Source of the DNA: an uncultured Candidatus Poseidoniales archaeon
GTDB lineage: Archaea > Thermoplasmatota > Poseidoniia > Poseidoniales > Thalassarchaeaceae
Assembly: GCA_964588055.1 (NCBI GenBank)
Contig: CAZPNT010000001.1
Span: 1 to 32,595 of the forward strand
Reading direction: 5' to 3'
DNA length: 32,595 nucleotides
Made by a program: the position numbers and the translations under genes. The notes beneath the pieces were generated by a model. The model did not search any database. It was not told the origin of the DNA and was given only the letters and a program-made list of their open reading frames with translations. This document shows, one piece after another, positions 25,885 through 32,595 of this stretch (the stretch's first letter is position 1; every line of letters starts with the position of its first letter).

Positions 25885-26268
25885 TCAAACTCTTCTGCCT
25901 CTTCTTCCACCCTTGCTCTTGGTTCCATCAGTTGGCATTGGGGTGACATCCTCAATTCTGGTAATTCTGACTCCAGCACGAGTCAATGCCCTAATCGCGG
26001 CCGTGGCACCAGGTGCGCTGTTCGACCTGTTTCCTCCTGCGCCTCTATATTTCACAATTACTTGGTCAAAATCCTTCTCGGCAAGCATCTCGGCAATTTT
26101 CTCTGCGGCCCTTGTGGCAGCAAATTGTCCACCAGAGTCGCTCCCGCCCTTCGTCACCATTCCTCCCGACACCTTGCAGACAGTCTCTGCTCCAGTTAGA
26201 TCGGTAGCCGTAATCAGAACATTGTTGAATGTGCTGTAGATGTGTAGAATAGCTTTGTGTCCCATCAC
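25885..26268 (-). CDS. rps11: 30S ribosomal protein uS11
   Basis: 127 aa. ILHIYSTFNNVLITATDLTGAE..., PGATAAIRALTRAGVRITRIEDVTPMPTDGTK and KGGRRGRRV. The ATGA start overlaps the uS4 stop. Confidence 0.95.
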   Translation of the reverse strand: MMGHKAILHIYSTFNNVLITATDLTGAETVCKVSGGMVTKGGSDSGGQFAATRAAEKIAEMLAEKDFDQVIVKYRGAGGNRSNSAPGATAAIRALTRAGVRITRIEDVTPMPTDGTKSKGGRRGRRV

Positions 26269-26882
26269 GACTCCTCCTCTTCTTCAGGCTCTCCAGACTC
26301 TTCCTCTACATTCTCCTCGTCTTCTCCCTCTTCCTGATATCTCAGGGTCTCTAGCTCCTTCCTGAATGGATGTTCCGAGTCACCAAATGGAGAGTTGGTG
26401 CTGTATTGGAGAGAATCTTCCTCCTCCTTCAGAACATGATATCCTGGCACCGTCATCCTCTGTTCTCCGATGCAGATGTGCCCGTGTACTATCAGATTCC
26501 TTGCAGCTCTCATCGAGGGTGCCAATCCCTTGTAGTATACTACAGACTGCAGCCTTCTTGACAGCATGTGTTCAACATTAATCTCAAGAACGTCTCCAAT
26601 GTCTGCGCCTGTTTGTAGAAGCCCCTTTTTGGTTAGAGAATCCAGCAATTGCTCCTTCTCCTTTGCATAGTGACCTTCAGTTGAGTCTACTCTTCCAATC
26701 AACTTCATCGCCTGATTACGGTGCCTTCTAAGTGCGGATTTCTCTCTCCAGATTTCTCTCATGCCACCCACCTTCTTCAGACCGTATCTTTCTTTCAGAT
26801 CGTGCTCTTCGTCAATCCTAGCCTGCTTCCAAGGGTGAGTTGGCGTTTGAGTTCTCGGCCTGGAAAATTTTGGTTCGCCCAT
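26265..26882 (-). CDS. rps4: 30S ribosomal protein uS4 (archaeal/eukaryotic S9 type) with polyacidic C-terminal tail
   Basis: MGEPKFSRPRTQTPTHPW... is the archaeal uS4 N-terminus, and the S4 RNA-binding domain is RRLQSVVYYKGLAPSMRAARNLIVHGHICIGEQRMTVPGY. The start is taken at ATG 26882. The track start at 26936 would overlap uS13. Confidence 0.9.
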   Translation of the reverse strand: MGEPKFSRPRTQTPTHPWKQARIDEEHDLKERYGLKKVGGMREIWREKSALRRHRNQAMKLIGRVDSTEGHYAKEKEQLLDSLTKKGLLQTGADIGDVLEINVEHMLSRRLQSVVYYKGLAPSMRAARNLIVHGHICIGEQRMTVPGYHVLKEEEDSLQYSTNSPFGDSEHPFRKELETLRYQEEGEDEENVEEESGEPEEEEES

Positions 26883-26892
26883 ATTCCTAACC

Positions 26893-27360
26893 TCACTTCT
26901 TCCTCTGGACACCAAGAGCAGAGCCTCTTCGGCCATTCGATCTTAGCCTCTGTCCCCTGACCTTGTGACCACTCCTGTGTCTCATCCCACGGAAAGTCTT
27001 GATTTCTGCCAGCCTCGCTACATCGTCATCCTTGGTCATTCCGACTTCATTTGCAATAATGTGCGCATCTTCGTTTGACTCAAGATCTCGCTGTCGGTTA
27101 ACCATCCACCAAGGGACGTTGGTGGCATACTCGTCAATGGCGCTTCTAAGCTGATCCTGCTCATCTGAGGAAAGGTGCCCCCCAAGTCTGCTTCCTTCTA
27201 TTCCAGACAACCGGCAAATCATCATTGAAGTCCTGATTCCTATGCCCTTTACAGACGTTAGCCCATATGTGATGGGCTTCAATCCATCGATATCAGTATC
27301 TGCAATTCTGACGATGTAAGAGAAGTCGTCTCCAAGTTCCGCTTCGTCTACTTTTGGCAT
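26893..27360 (-). CDS. rps13: 30S ribosomal protein uS13
   Basis: DFSYIVRIADTDIDGLKPITYGLTSVKGIGIRTS...RGMRHRSGHKVRGQRLRSNGR. ATG 27360 gives an N-terminus of typical archaeal length. An upstream in-frame ATG at 27402 is also possible. Confidence 0.9.
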   Translation of the reverse strand: MPKVDEAELGDDFSYIVRIADTDIDGLKPITYGLTSVKGIGIRTSMMICRLSGIEGSRLGGHLSSDEQDQLRSAIDEYATNVPWWMVNRQRDLESNEDAHIIANEVGMTKDDDVARLAEIKTFRGMRHRSGHKVRGQRLRSNGRRGSALGVQRKK

Positions 27361-27461
27361 TACGGTTCCCCCGTGTTCACCTTTCGGTGGCCCTTTGGGC
27401 ATCTTCGCGACCTACAGTCCCTATTTGAACCGATTGGACGCCCCAATTTCTTGATGAAACG

Positions 27462-28763
27462 CTACTCCTTGCAAACTACGAACAACTTCTGCGTTCCCGT
27501 GGGTCTTTCTATGTCCATGTCAACCATGAAACCCTTCTTCCCCTCAGTCCCTTTCAGCTCTCGAGTAATCCTCCTTTGAAGCGTGGGATGAATTTCTGGA
27601 TCTAAGCTACATCTGAGCGTGATATTCGATATCCCCCTTTTAGCCACAGAAGATGCAACTTGATCAATTGTGTTCAGCTCAGGAGGAGAGAGTCTGTGCT
27701 GGACAATCTTTCCAGTAGCTACCACGAATCCAAGCACCTCATCATCATCGGCGATTTCGTCTGTGTGTATGAGCATAGGCCTCCTGCCTTCAGTTCTGAC
27801 CCAAGAAGAACCAGCTCCACTAGAAATGGCCTTTCTGTGCCAGGAGTTCTGAAGGCCGCTCTCAATCAGCACTGGATCAACTATTGTCAGGTATGCTCCA
27901 CGGGGTATTTCCATGACACTTCCGAAAGAAGTGGAATTTGCTCCAGAGCCTTTTCCTTCGATGCTAGAAATAACCTTCTTCCTTCCAACTCTGATACATC
28001 TGTTGGGGCTACTAGATGAGAGAGATCCAACCCATACTGAAAGCCTGTCTACCCTGCCACCACCTCGACTAAGCCATTCCCAAGTCCAAGACGCACCGGG
28101 GAAAGTAGTCTCGAGAATCCCATCAACCATCGCTCGCTGAACCGAATCCAATCTAGGAGATAGATCTAACAGCACTGCAGGCCCCTTAGGCCCCGTCTGT
28201 AAATGACTACTCCAACCCTTCAGTACTGATTTGATGTCTGGCTCCATCTCATCAAGACTGTGATTCTGGGCGTCCCTTGGTCTGGCTGGGTCAATATGCA
28301 GCATCGCTATGGGGGGATGAGCTCTCGTACCAGCTTCTCTTAGACTAGACCAGTATGTGGAAATTGCGGACTCAGCAGAACAGCCGTCTCCCACCAAGAC
28401 CCGGTCAAGAGAACGTTGGACCTCTCCTTCAGAATTGAGATGCATATTAGCCGCACAGAGTTTTGCCACATCAGAATCTATTTCGACAGCAAGGGCAGGT
28501 CGTTTGAGAATTTTTGAAAAGGCTATCAGTTGGATCCCGGAGCCAGCAGCTGCATCCAGAATAACTCCAGCAGGTAGTGTCATCGGGTCAATCTGATTTG
28601 CTCTTATCGAGGCTACTGACCATGGAGTGGACAATCTCCTCATTCCATCACTCATGAAGAACTCAGGCTCTCCCTTCCTGGAAGCCTCTGGTTTACCCTT
28701 CCTCTTTGCATTGCTTACCAGCCTCTTCGATGGAACTATTGCGGCATGGCCCCCTTCATCCAC
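27462..28763 (-). CDS. class I SAM-dependent methyltransferase with large C-terminal extension (possibly THUMP-like; RNA methyltransferase candidate)
   Basis: 433 aa. Motif I VILDAAAGSGIQLIAF, the acidic beta-2 end PALAVEIDSD, and a motif-IV-like MLHIDPARPRD. About 230 aa of uncharacterised C-terminal domain follow. The N-terminus is basic. It has a GTG start at 28763, with an alternative ATG at 28655. Confidence 0.6.
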   Translation of the reverse strand: MDEGGHAAIVPSKRLVSNAKRKGKPEASRKGEPEFFMSDGMRRLSTPWSVASIRANQIDPMTLPAGVILDAAAGSGIQLIAFSKILKRPALAVEIDSDVAKLCAANMHLNSEGEVQRSLDRVLVGDGCSAESAISTYWSSLREAGTRAHPPIAMLHIDPARPRDAQNHSLDEMEPDIKSVLKGWSSHLQTGPKGPAVLLDLSPRLDSVQRAMVDGILETTFPGASWTWEWLSRGGGRVDRLSVWVGSLSSSSPNRCIRVGRKKVISSIEGKGSGANSTSFGSVMEIPRGAYLTIVDPVLIESGLQNSWHRKAISSGAGSSWVRTEGRRPMLIHTDEIADDDEVLGFVVATGKIVQHRLSPPELNTIDQVASSVAKRGISNITLRCSLDPEIHPTLQRRITRELKGTEGKKGFMVDMDIERPTGTQKLFVVCKE

Positions 28764-28805
28764 AGCCGTTCCCGTTGGAACTTAGTCAAGTCTCTTTCGT
28801 GAAAA

Positions 28806-29768
28806 TCACTCTGATATCGGGGCACTTCTCAGGGTCAACTCAAACCTCAGCCAGGTGTCCTCCAACTCGTGTCCTTCGCTATTGCCGTAGGCAATGTCGG
28901 GCGGGAGAAGGGTAGTGTGGGTTGTTCCGGTATTGATTCCTGGAATTAGCCCTCTATCGTTGTCAATGTCAAGTCCTATCGCAGACCAGCAGAATCCTTC
29001 TATCGACCAATTGCATCCTTCACCAGCGGAGTCACTCCAGTCTCCGCTATCCAACTCTTCTTCTGAATCGGCATCCCAAACAGTATACTGCACTGCAAAT
29101 GGATCTCCATCTTGGATGTGAACGTCTCTGTCTTCGGGTCCTTGGAAAATGTTCACATCTAACCTAACTTGAGCATCTAAAACCGAAATATGAGTGGCTG
29201 TAACGCTTATTTCCCTCTCTGTAATCTCCTCAATCAAATTGATTTCCAAAATAGAACTTTCATTCCCTCCAAGATCGTTGATAATTAGATACGGCTGGTT
29301 GTTTGATGAGAAAACAACCCCTCCCCCACCAATCTCCAGTACCAGATTGAGAGTCTGGTTTGCCCTGTTGTAGACTGCCACACTCGCTGAATCCCCCGAG
29401 CCTTGGTGTTGCCAATCACAGCGAGTCTCTCCTGGAAGGAGGAAAACTCCATCCTGTCCCGATAGAGATTGAGGCCACTCCCAGTTGTCCTCTCTTGGAG
29501 AGCATGTGTCGTAAAGCAATCCAACTTCCCAAAGCCACCGTCCATCTTCGTTAAGGATATCGACATCAGTTGTGCCGAAAGACGCCTCTATTTCATCAAG
29601 GAAACCCTTTGCAGAGATTCCAACCCATACCGAGGACAATAACAGACTAATTCCTGTAATTACCGAGAGAACTAGGGCCGCTCTAGGAACGGCCATTTTA
29701 TTCAGTCCTAGGGGTATTGGGGGATGCTCAATCTCATCGGGAGTATCCGATATCCACGACCTCGTCAC
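28806..29768 (-). CDS. membrane-anchored extracytoplasmic protein with degenerate FKBP-like C-terminal domain
   Basis: 320 aa with one N-terminal TM/signal anchor (AALVLSVITGISLLLSSVWVGI). The C-terminal third, DPFAVQYTVWDADSEEELDSG...RGLIPGINTGTTHTTLLPPDIAYGNSEGHELEDTWLRFELTL, follows the FKBP pattern (v-v-Y-x-g-x-l-dG-x-fDs...G-x-x-x-m-x-x-G...i-P-p-x-x-aYG...L-x-F-x-v-x-L). Catalytic pocket residues could not be verified. It has a GTG start at 29768, with an alternative ATG at 29696. Confidence 0.45.
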   Translation of the reverse strand: MTRSWISDTPDEIEHPPIPLGLNKMAVPRAALVLSVITGISLLLSSVWVGISAKGFLDEIEASFGTTDVDILNEDGRWLWEVGLLYDTCSPREDNWEWPQSLSGQDGVFLLPGETRCDWQHQGSGDSASVAVYNRANQTLNLVLEIGGGGVVFSSNNQPYLIINDLGGNESSILEINLIEEITEREISVTATHISVLDAQVRLDVNIFQGPEDRDVHIQDGDPFAVQYTVWDADSEEELDSGDWSDSAGEGCNWSIEGFCWSAIGLDIDNDRGLIPGINTGTTHTTLLPPDIAYGNSEGHELEDTWLRFELTLRSAPISE

Positions 29769-29814
29769 AAGACCATAGAATTGTCAGTACGTCATCAACG
29801 TTGGCACTTCCGGA

Positions 29815-32595
29815 TTAGCCTCTCAGCAGTTCATCTTGGTTCTCTAGCCCCAGCCAGGCTACGATGCCTAACTCAACTGCTAGAGCAGACATTCCAAGCA
29901 ATATTTCGTACTCTCCAATATCTCCCGAAGAGAAAATCAAGAAGCATAGTATAGCAGCAACTAGGTCAGCAAGCCCCCAGATTCTGAAACCCTTCCTTAG
30001 TTGCAGGATTCCAATTACCCATATCTCTGTGGACATCAGTATCATCAGAATGGGGAGCCCAAAGTCTCCAATCATCCCTACTGCAATTGCTCCCGAAATC
30101 ACGAATATGTGCCCATTAGCGACAAGTGTTAATGTCCACTTTGGCAGATTCAGTGGAACAGTTAGTGCACATGCAACCATCACAATAATTCCAGCGGTCA
30201 GTACAATCTCTCCGAACCAGTCAAGAAGACCTTCATTCCATCTAGAGAGTGCAAAAATGGCCAATATTCCACTAGGGAGTGCAATTCCGAGCTCGGATGG
30301 CCGTGAGGCCCTAACACTCTGGATTGCAGAGCTAGTAGCGGCTAGAATTCCTGCGGGTCCGAAGGACATCATCACAATTGCTAGACTACGGGCGCCGTTC
30401 CGGAGTCCATCTGAGTCACTATCATCCCTAAGCCTCCTCCTCCCTTCGATCCAATAACCTAGAAACACGCACATTACAAGAATCGACTCGAGAAGCAGCC
30501 AAGGCATCATCCAATCCAGTGCATCTCCATCGAAAGGATCCACAGTGATCGGGAGAGGCAGAGCCCCAACCAATGCCCCACCGATCATACGAGTCAACAA
30601 CAAGGGGATAACGAACCAGTCAATCGCAATAGCGATCCTGTCGATCAGATTCTTTTGCTGTAGCAGGTATATCATCAACAGAACAAGAATTAACGAGCAT
30701 GCAACTGCCATGTCCAGAAGCATCCGAGGACTGCTCCCCGGCGGGAATACGTGCGCAGACAAGAGAACCAGGCACACTCCAGATATCGTAAGTGCTATCG
30801 GCATCTCCATTCCCAGAATGTGTGGCAAATCTAACTCAAGGCCCTTGGTGCGCTTCTTGATCAAAAATACTGTCGTACAACAGAAAACACCCGTGGAAAC
30901 AAGAATAAGGGGACCAATTCCTAGTACAGCAGAACTTAGGATCCCTGTGAGTAACACAATCACCAGTACAACCATCCCAACAATAGGGGTATGAGTGATC
31001 TCGGAGGATAGGAGCTCTGACATGTCCTCGGTATCTGACAGTTCTCTCTTGCTCCTTCGTAGCTGTTCCATCTCTGCCACTTTCGGATTGTAGGAGGATA
31101 ATGATCCAAATGTAGTAGAAACCATCCCCTCGGAAACCATGCTGCTAACGGACTCTCTCTTAGCAATGGTCCTCAACTCCGATCTAATCTCCCCCCTGGA
31201 GATTAGCCAAAAAGAAGTAACAACAAAAATAATCGACGATGATATCTGAAGTACATAATCGTCCGACCCGATAGACAGCATACTCGTGACTACTACTAGA
31301 ATCAGTGCAGAACAAGCAGGCCTGAGAATATTCTCCATTTGCTCAACTCTCGGCAAATAGACTGAGAGAATCACAACAGTACAAACTACTGCTAAGAACT
31401 CGGTTTCCGGGATGGACCCAAAGATATCCCCAGAGTCAAACTCAGAGAGCCATTCAGGAGAGGTCAACCCCTTAGATGGCTCTCTCCCTGTCCAGAAAAC
31501 AAGCAGGGGTACAATCACCATCCCAATCCCAAGACCGTATGTTGAGTCCTTTCCGAAGTACAATATCGAGGAAATAGATAGGCACATTAGGACAATAATC
31601 GCCTCATCAAGCCCATGTCTCCATTGGATCGTTAGGAAAGTAAGTGCAATGATCCAAACAATACTCTCCTCACTGCTATTCCTGAACCCCAGTGAGAAAC
31701 TCAGAATGTGCAAGGCCGAAATCAGTGCCAGCAAAGAAACCAGAGAAACCGTGTTGAAACCGTCAAATTGAGCTAGAATGACAATTGTGAACATCGGCAA
31801 CCATAGACCAATGCTCCACAGATTCAGCATCCCAGAATCCCTAATTGAAGCAGAGATTTCTGTTATCCCCATGAAACCAGACGCTAGATTTACCCCACTA
31901 TCTCCCATTTTTGTGTTTACTACCAACATTAGCACAGATGCCAGTCCAAGATAAATCCCCAAAGGAAGAGGATCAAGATGGACCATTCCACTGTAGTCAT
32001 TCATGTCGTTCGCCAGCATTATGGTCCTCACAGTCTCTTCAATCAGTTTCTCAATCACGATCCACGACCAAGGAAGAATGACTGTGACACCAGTTAGTGA
32101 GGAAGACTTCCGGCTTATTGCAAGAATAGCGGTTCCAATGTGAAGCAGGGATAGGATGCCCAATAGAATGAACCCACCATCTCCGTTCGATTGACTTCCA
32201 GTTGGAACTAGTAGGACCAGTATTGCAAGGATGGCCACAGAACCAACCCACAGGACTCTATCCGAAACACTACTCTGGTCTCTAAGGATGATTGCGACAG
32301 TTATTGATGCACCAACCACCGTGAATATCTGGTAAGATGACGCACCGAGAGTTTCGCCAACAAGACCCTCATTCAATAGAACTACTATGAGCATGGCTGC
32401 AGTAATCAACAGTGGTTGCGACACTCGACGTGCTTGAACACCTCTCACGACTAGGTAAGACCCTGCAAATGCCCCTCCGAGGAAAGTCACCATACCTAGA
32501 GCATAACCCAAGTCTTCACGATTGGATGCAACTGCTAGAAAAGCACCCACCATCCCTAGAGAAATCGAAATCCCCCATAGTCCCGGCTTTCCCAG
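29815..32595 (-). CDS. very large polytopic integral membrane protein (more than 912 aa, about 25 predicted TM segments), function unknown; possibly 5'-truncated by the window edge
   Basis: The sequence is almost continuously hydrophobic, with one about 70-aa hydrophilic Ser/Glu-rich loop (RGEIRSELRTIAKRESVSS...RRSKRELSDTEDMSELLSSE). I recognised no transporter, AglB (WWDYG) or other catalytic motif. The first in-window ATG is at 32553, but the frame stays open and hydrophobic to position 32595. Confidence 0.7.
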   Translation of the reverse strand: MGKPGLWGISISLGMVGAFLAVASNREDLGYALGMVTFLGGAFAGSYLVVRGVQARRVSQPLLITAAMLIVVLLNEGLVGETLGASSYQIFTVVGASITVAIILRDQSSVSDRVLWVGSVAILAILVLLVPTGSQSNGDGGFILLGILSLLHIGTAILAISRKSSSLTGVTVILPWSWIVIEKLIEETVRTIMLANDMNDYSGMVHLDPLPLGIYLGLASVLMLVVNTKMGDSGVNLASGFMGITEISASIRDSGMLNLWSIGLWLPMFTIVILAQFDGFNTVSLVSLLALISALHILSFSLGFRNSSEESIVWIIALTFLTIQWRHGLDEAIIVLMCLSISSILYFGKDSTYGLGIGMVIVPLLVFWTGREPSKGLTSPEWLSEFDSGDIFGSIPETEFLAVVCTVVILSVYLPRVEQMENILRPACSALILVVVTSMLSIGSDDYVLQISSSIIFVVTSFWLISRGEIRSELRTIAKRESVSSMVSEGMVSTTFGSLSSYNPKVAEMEQLRRSKRELSDTEDMSELLSSEITHTPIVGMVVLVIVLLTGILSSAVLGIGPLILVSTGVFCCTTVFLIKKRTKGLELDLPHILGMEMPIALTISGVCLVLLSAHVFPPGSSPRMLLDMAVACSLILVLLMIYLLQQKNLIDRIAIAIDWFVIPLLLTRMIGGALVGALPLPITVDPFDGDALDWMMPWLLLESILVMCVFLGYWIEGRRRLRDDSDSDGLRNGARSLAIVMMSFGPAGILAATSSAIQSVRASRPSELGIALPSGILAIFALSRWNEGLLDWFGEIVLTAGIIVMVACALTVPLNLPKWTLTLVANGHIFVISGAIAVGMIGDFGLPILMILMSTEIWVIGILQLRKGFRIWGLADLVAAILCFLIFSSGDIGEYEILLGMSALAVELGIVAWLGLENQDELLRG

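Noticed and set aside
25718-26239. 173-aa plus-strand ORF antisense to rpoD and uS11
   Set aside because: It is opposite two highly conserved genes, and its Leu/Ser/Pro-rich translation is typical of antisense frames.
27421-27437. GGTTCAAAT on the minus strand, resembling a tRNA T-loop (it also reads as a TATA-like TTCAAATA upstream of uS13)
   Set aside because: The flanking bases do not form a T-stem, and the whole spacer is only 59 nt, too short for a tRNA. As a promoter element it is plausible, lying about 19 nt before ATG 27402, but the match is too weak to call.
1-32595. Search for CRISPR arrays, transposases or integrases, rRNA or tRNA genes, and long direct or inverted repeats
   Set aside because: Reading by eye on both strands showed none. 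There are no spaced 25-40-nt direct repeats, no DDE, serine or tyrosine recombinase motifs, and no tRNA-like cloverleaf candidates. This cannot be guaranteed without tRNAscan, Infernal or repeat finders.

Overview
This is a compact window of about 30 closely packed CDSs, roughly 90% or more coding, with many 4-nt overlaps and 1-20 nt spacers. I found no rRNA, tRNA, CRISPR array, transposase or integrase by eye. The informational genes are archaeal: the uS13-uS4-uS11-RpoD(Rpo3) cluster, a type-2 methionine aminopeptidase and a pantoate kinase. The many bacterial-type metabolic genes and the acidic proteins suggest an uncultured marine euryarchaeote of the Marine Group II/Poseidoniales kind, but that assignment is inference only. 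Well-supported housekeeping genes are an M32 carboxypeptidase, an S15 X-Pro dipeptidyl-peptidase, thioredoxin, ribulose-phosphate 3-epimerase, BolA with a CGFS monothiol glutaredoxin, an EamA transporter and MetAP2. Also well supported are TsaC/YrdC, an Upf1/IGHMBP2-like SF1 helicase, a GNAT, AceE-type pyruvate dehydrogenase E1, an MBL hydrolase, a bacterial-type LeuRS and a DCC (DUF393) oxidoreductase. No classical defence or mobile island is visible. The most interesting content is a set of poorly characterised genes with eukaryote-like signatures. (1) A protein whose C-terminal half matches, from my memory of the family, the CDIN1/C15orf41 TPD-motif PD-(D/E)xK nuclease, preceded by an arginine-rich tail encoded by a 9-bp tandem repeat. 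(2) A small TM protein with a LETM1-like domain, overlapping the aceE stop codon (GTGA). (3) A minimal wHTH + NB-ARC-like STAND NTPase with no sensor repeats. (4) A polytopic membrane protein of more than 912 aa, next to a membrane-anchored protein with a degenerate FKBP-like domain. All family assignments come from motif recognition by eye and need HMM or structure searches to confirm.
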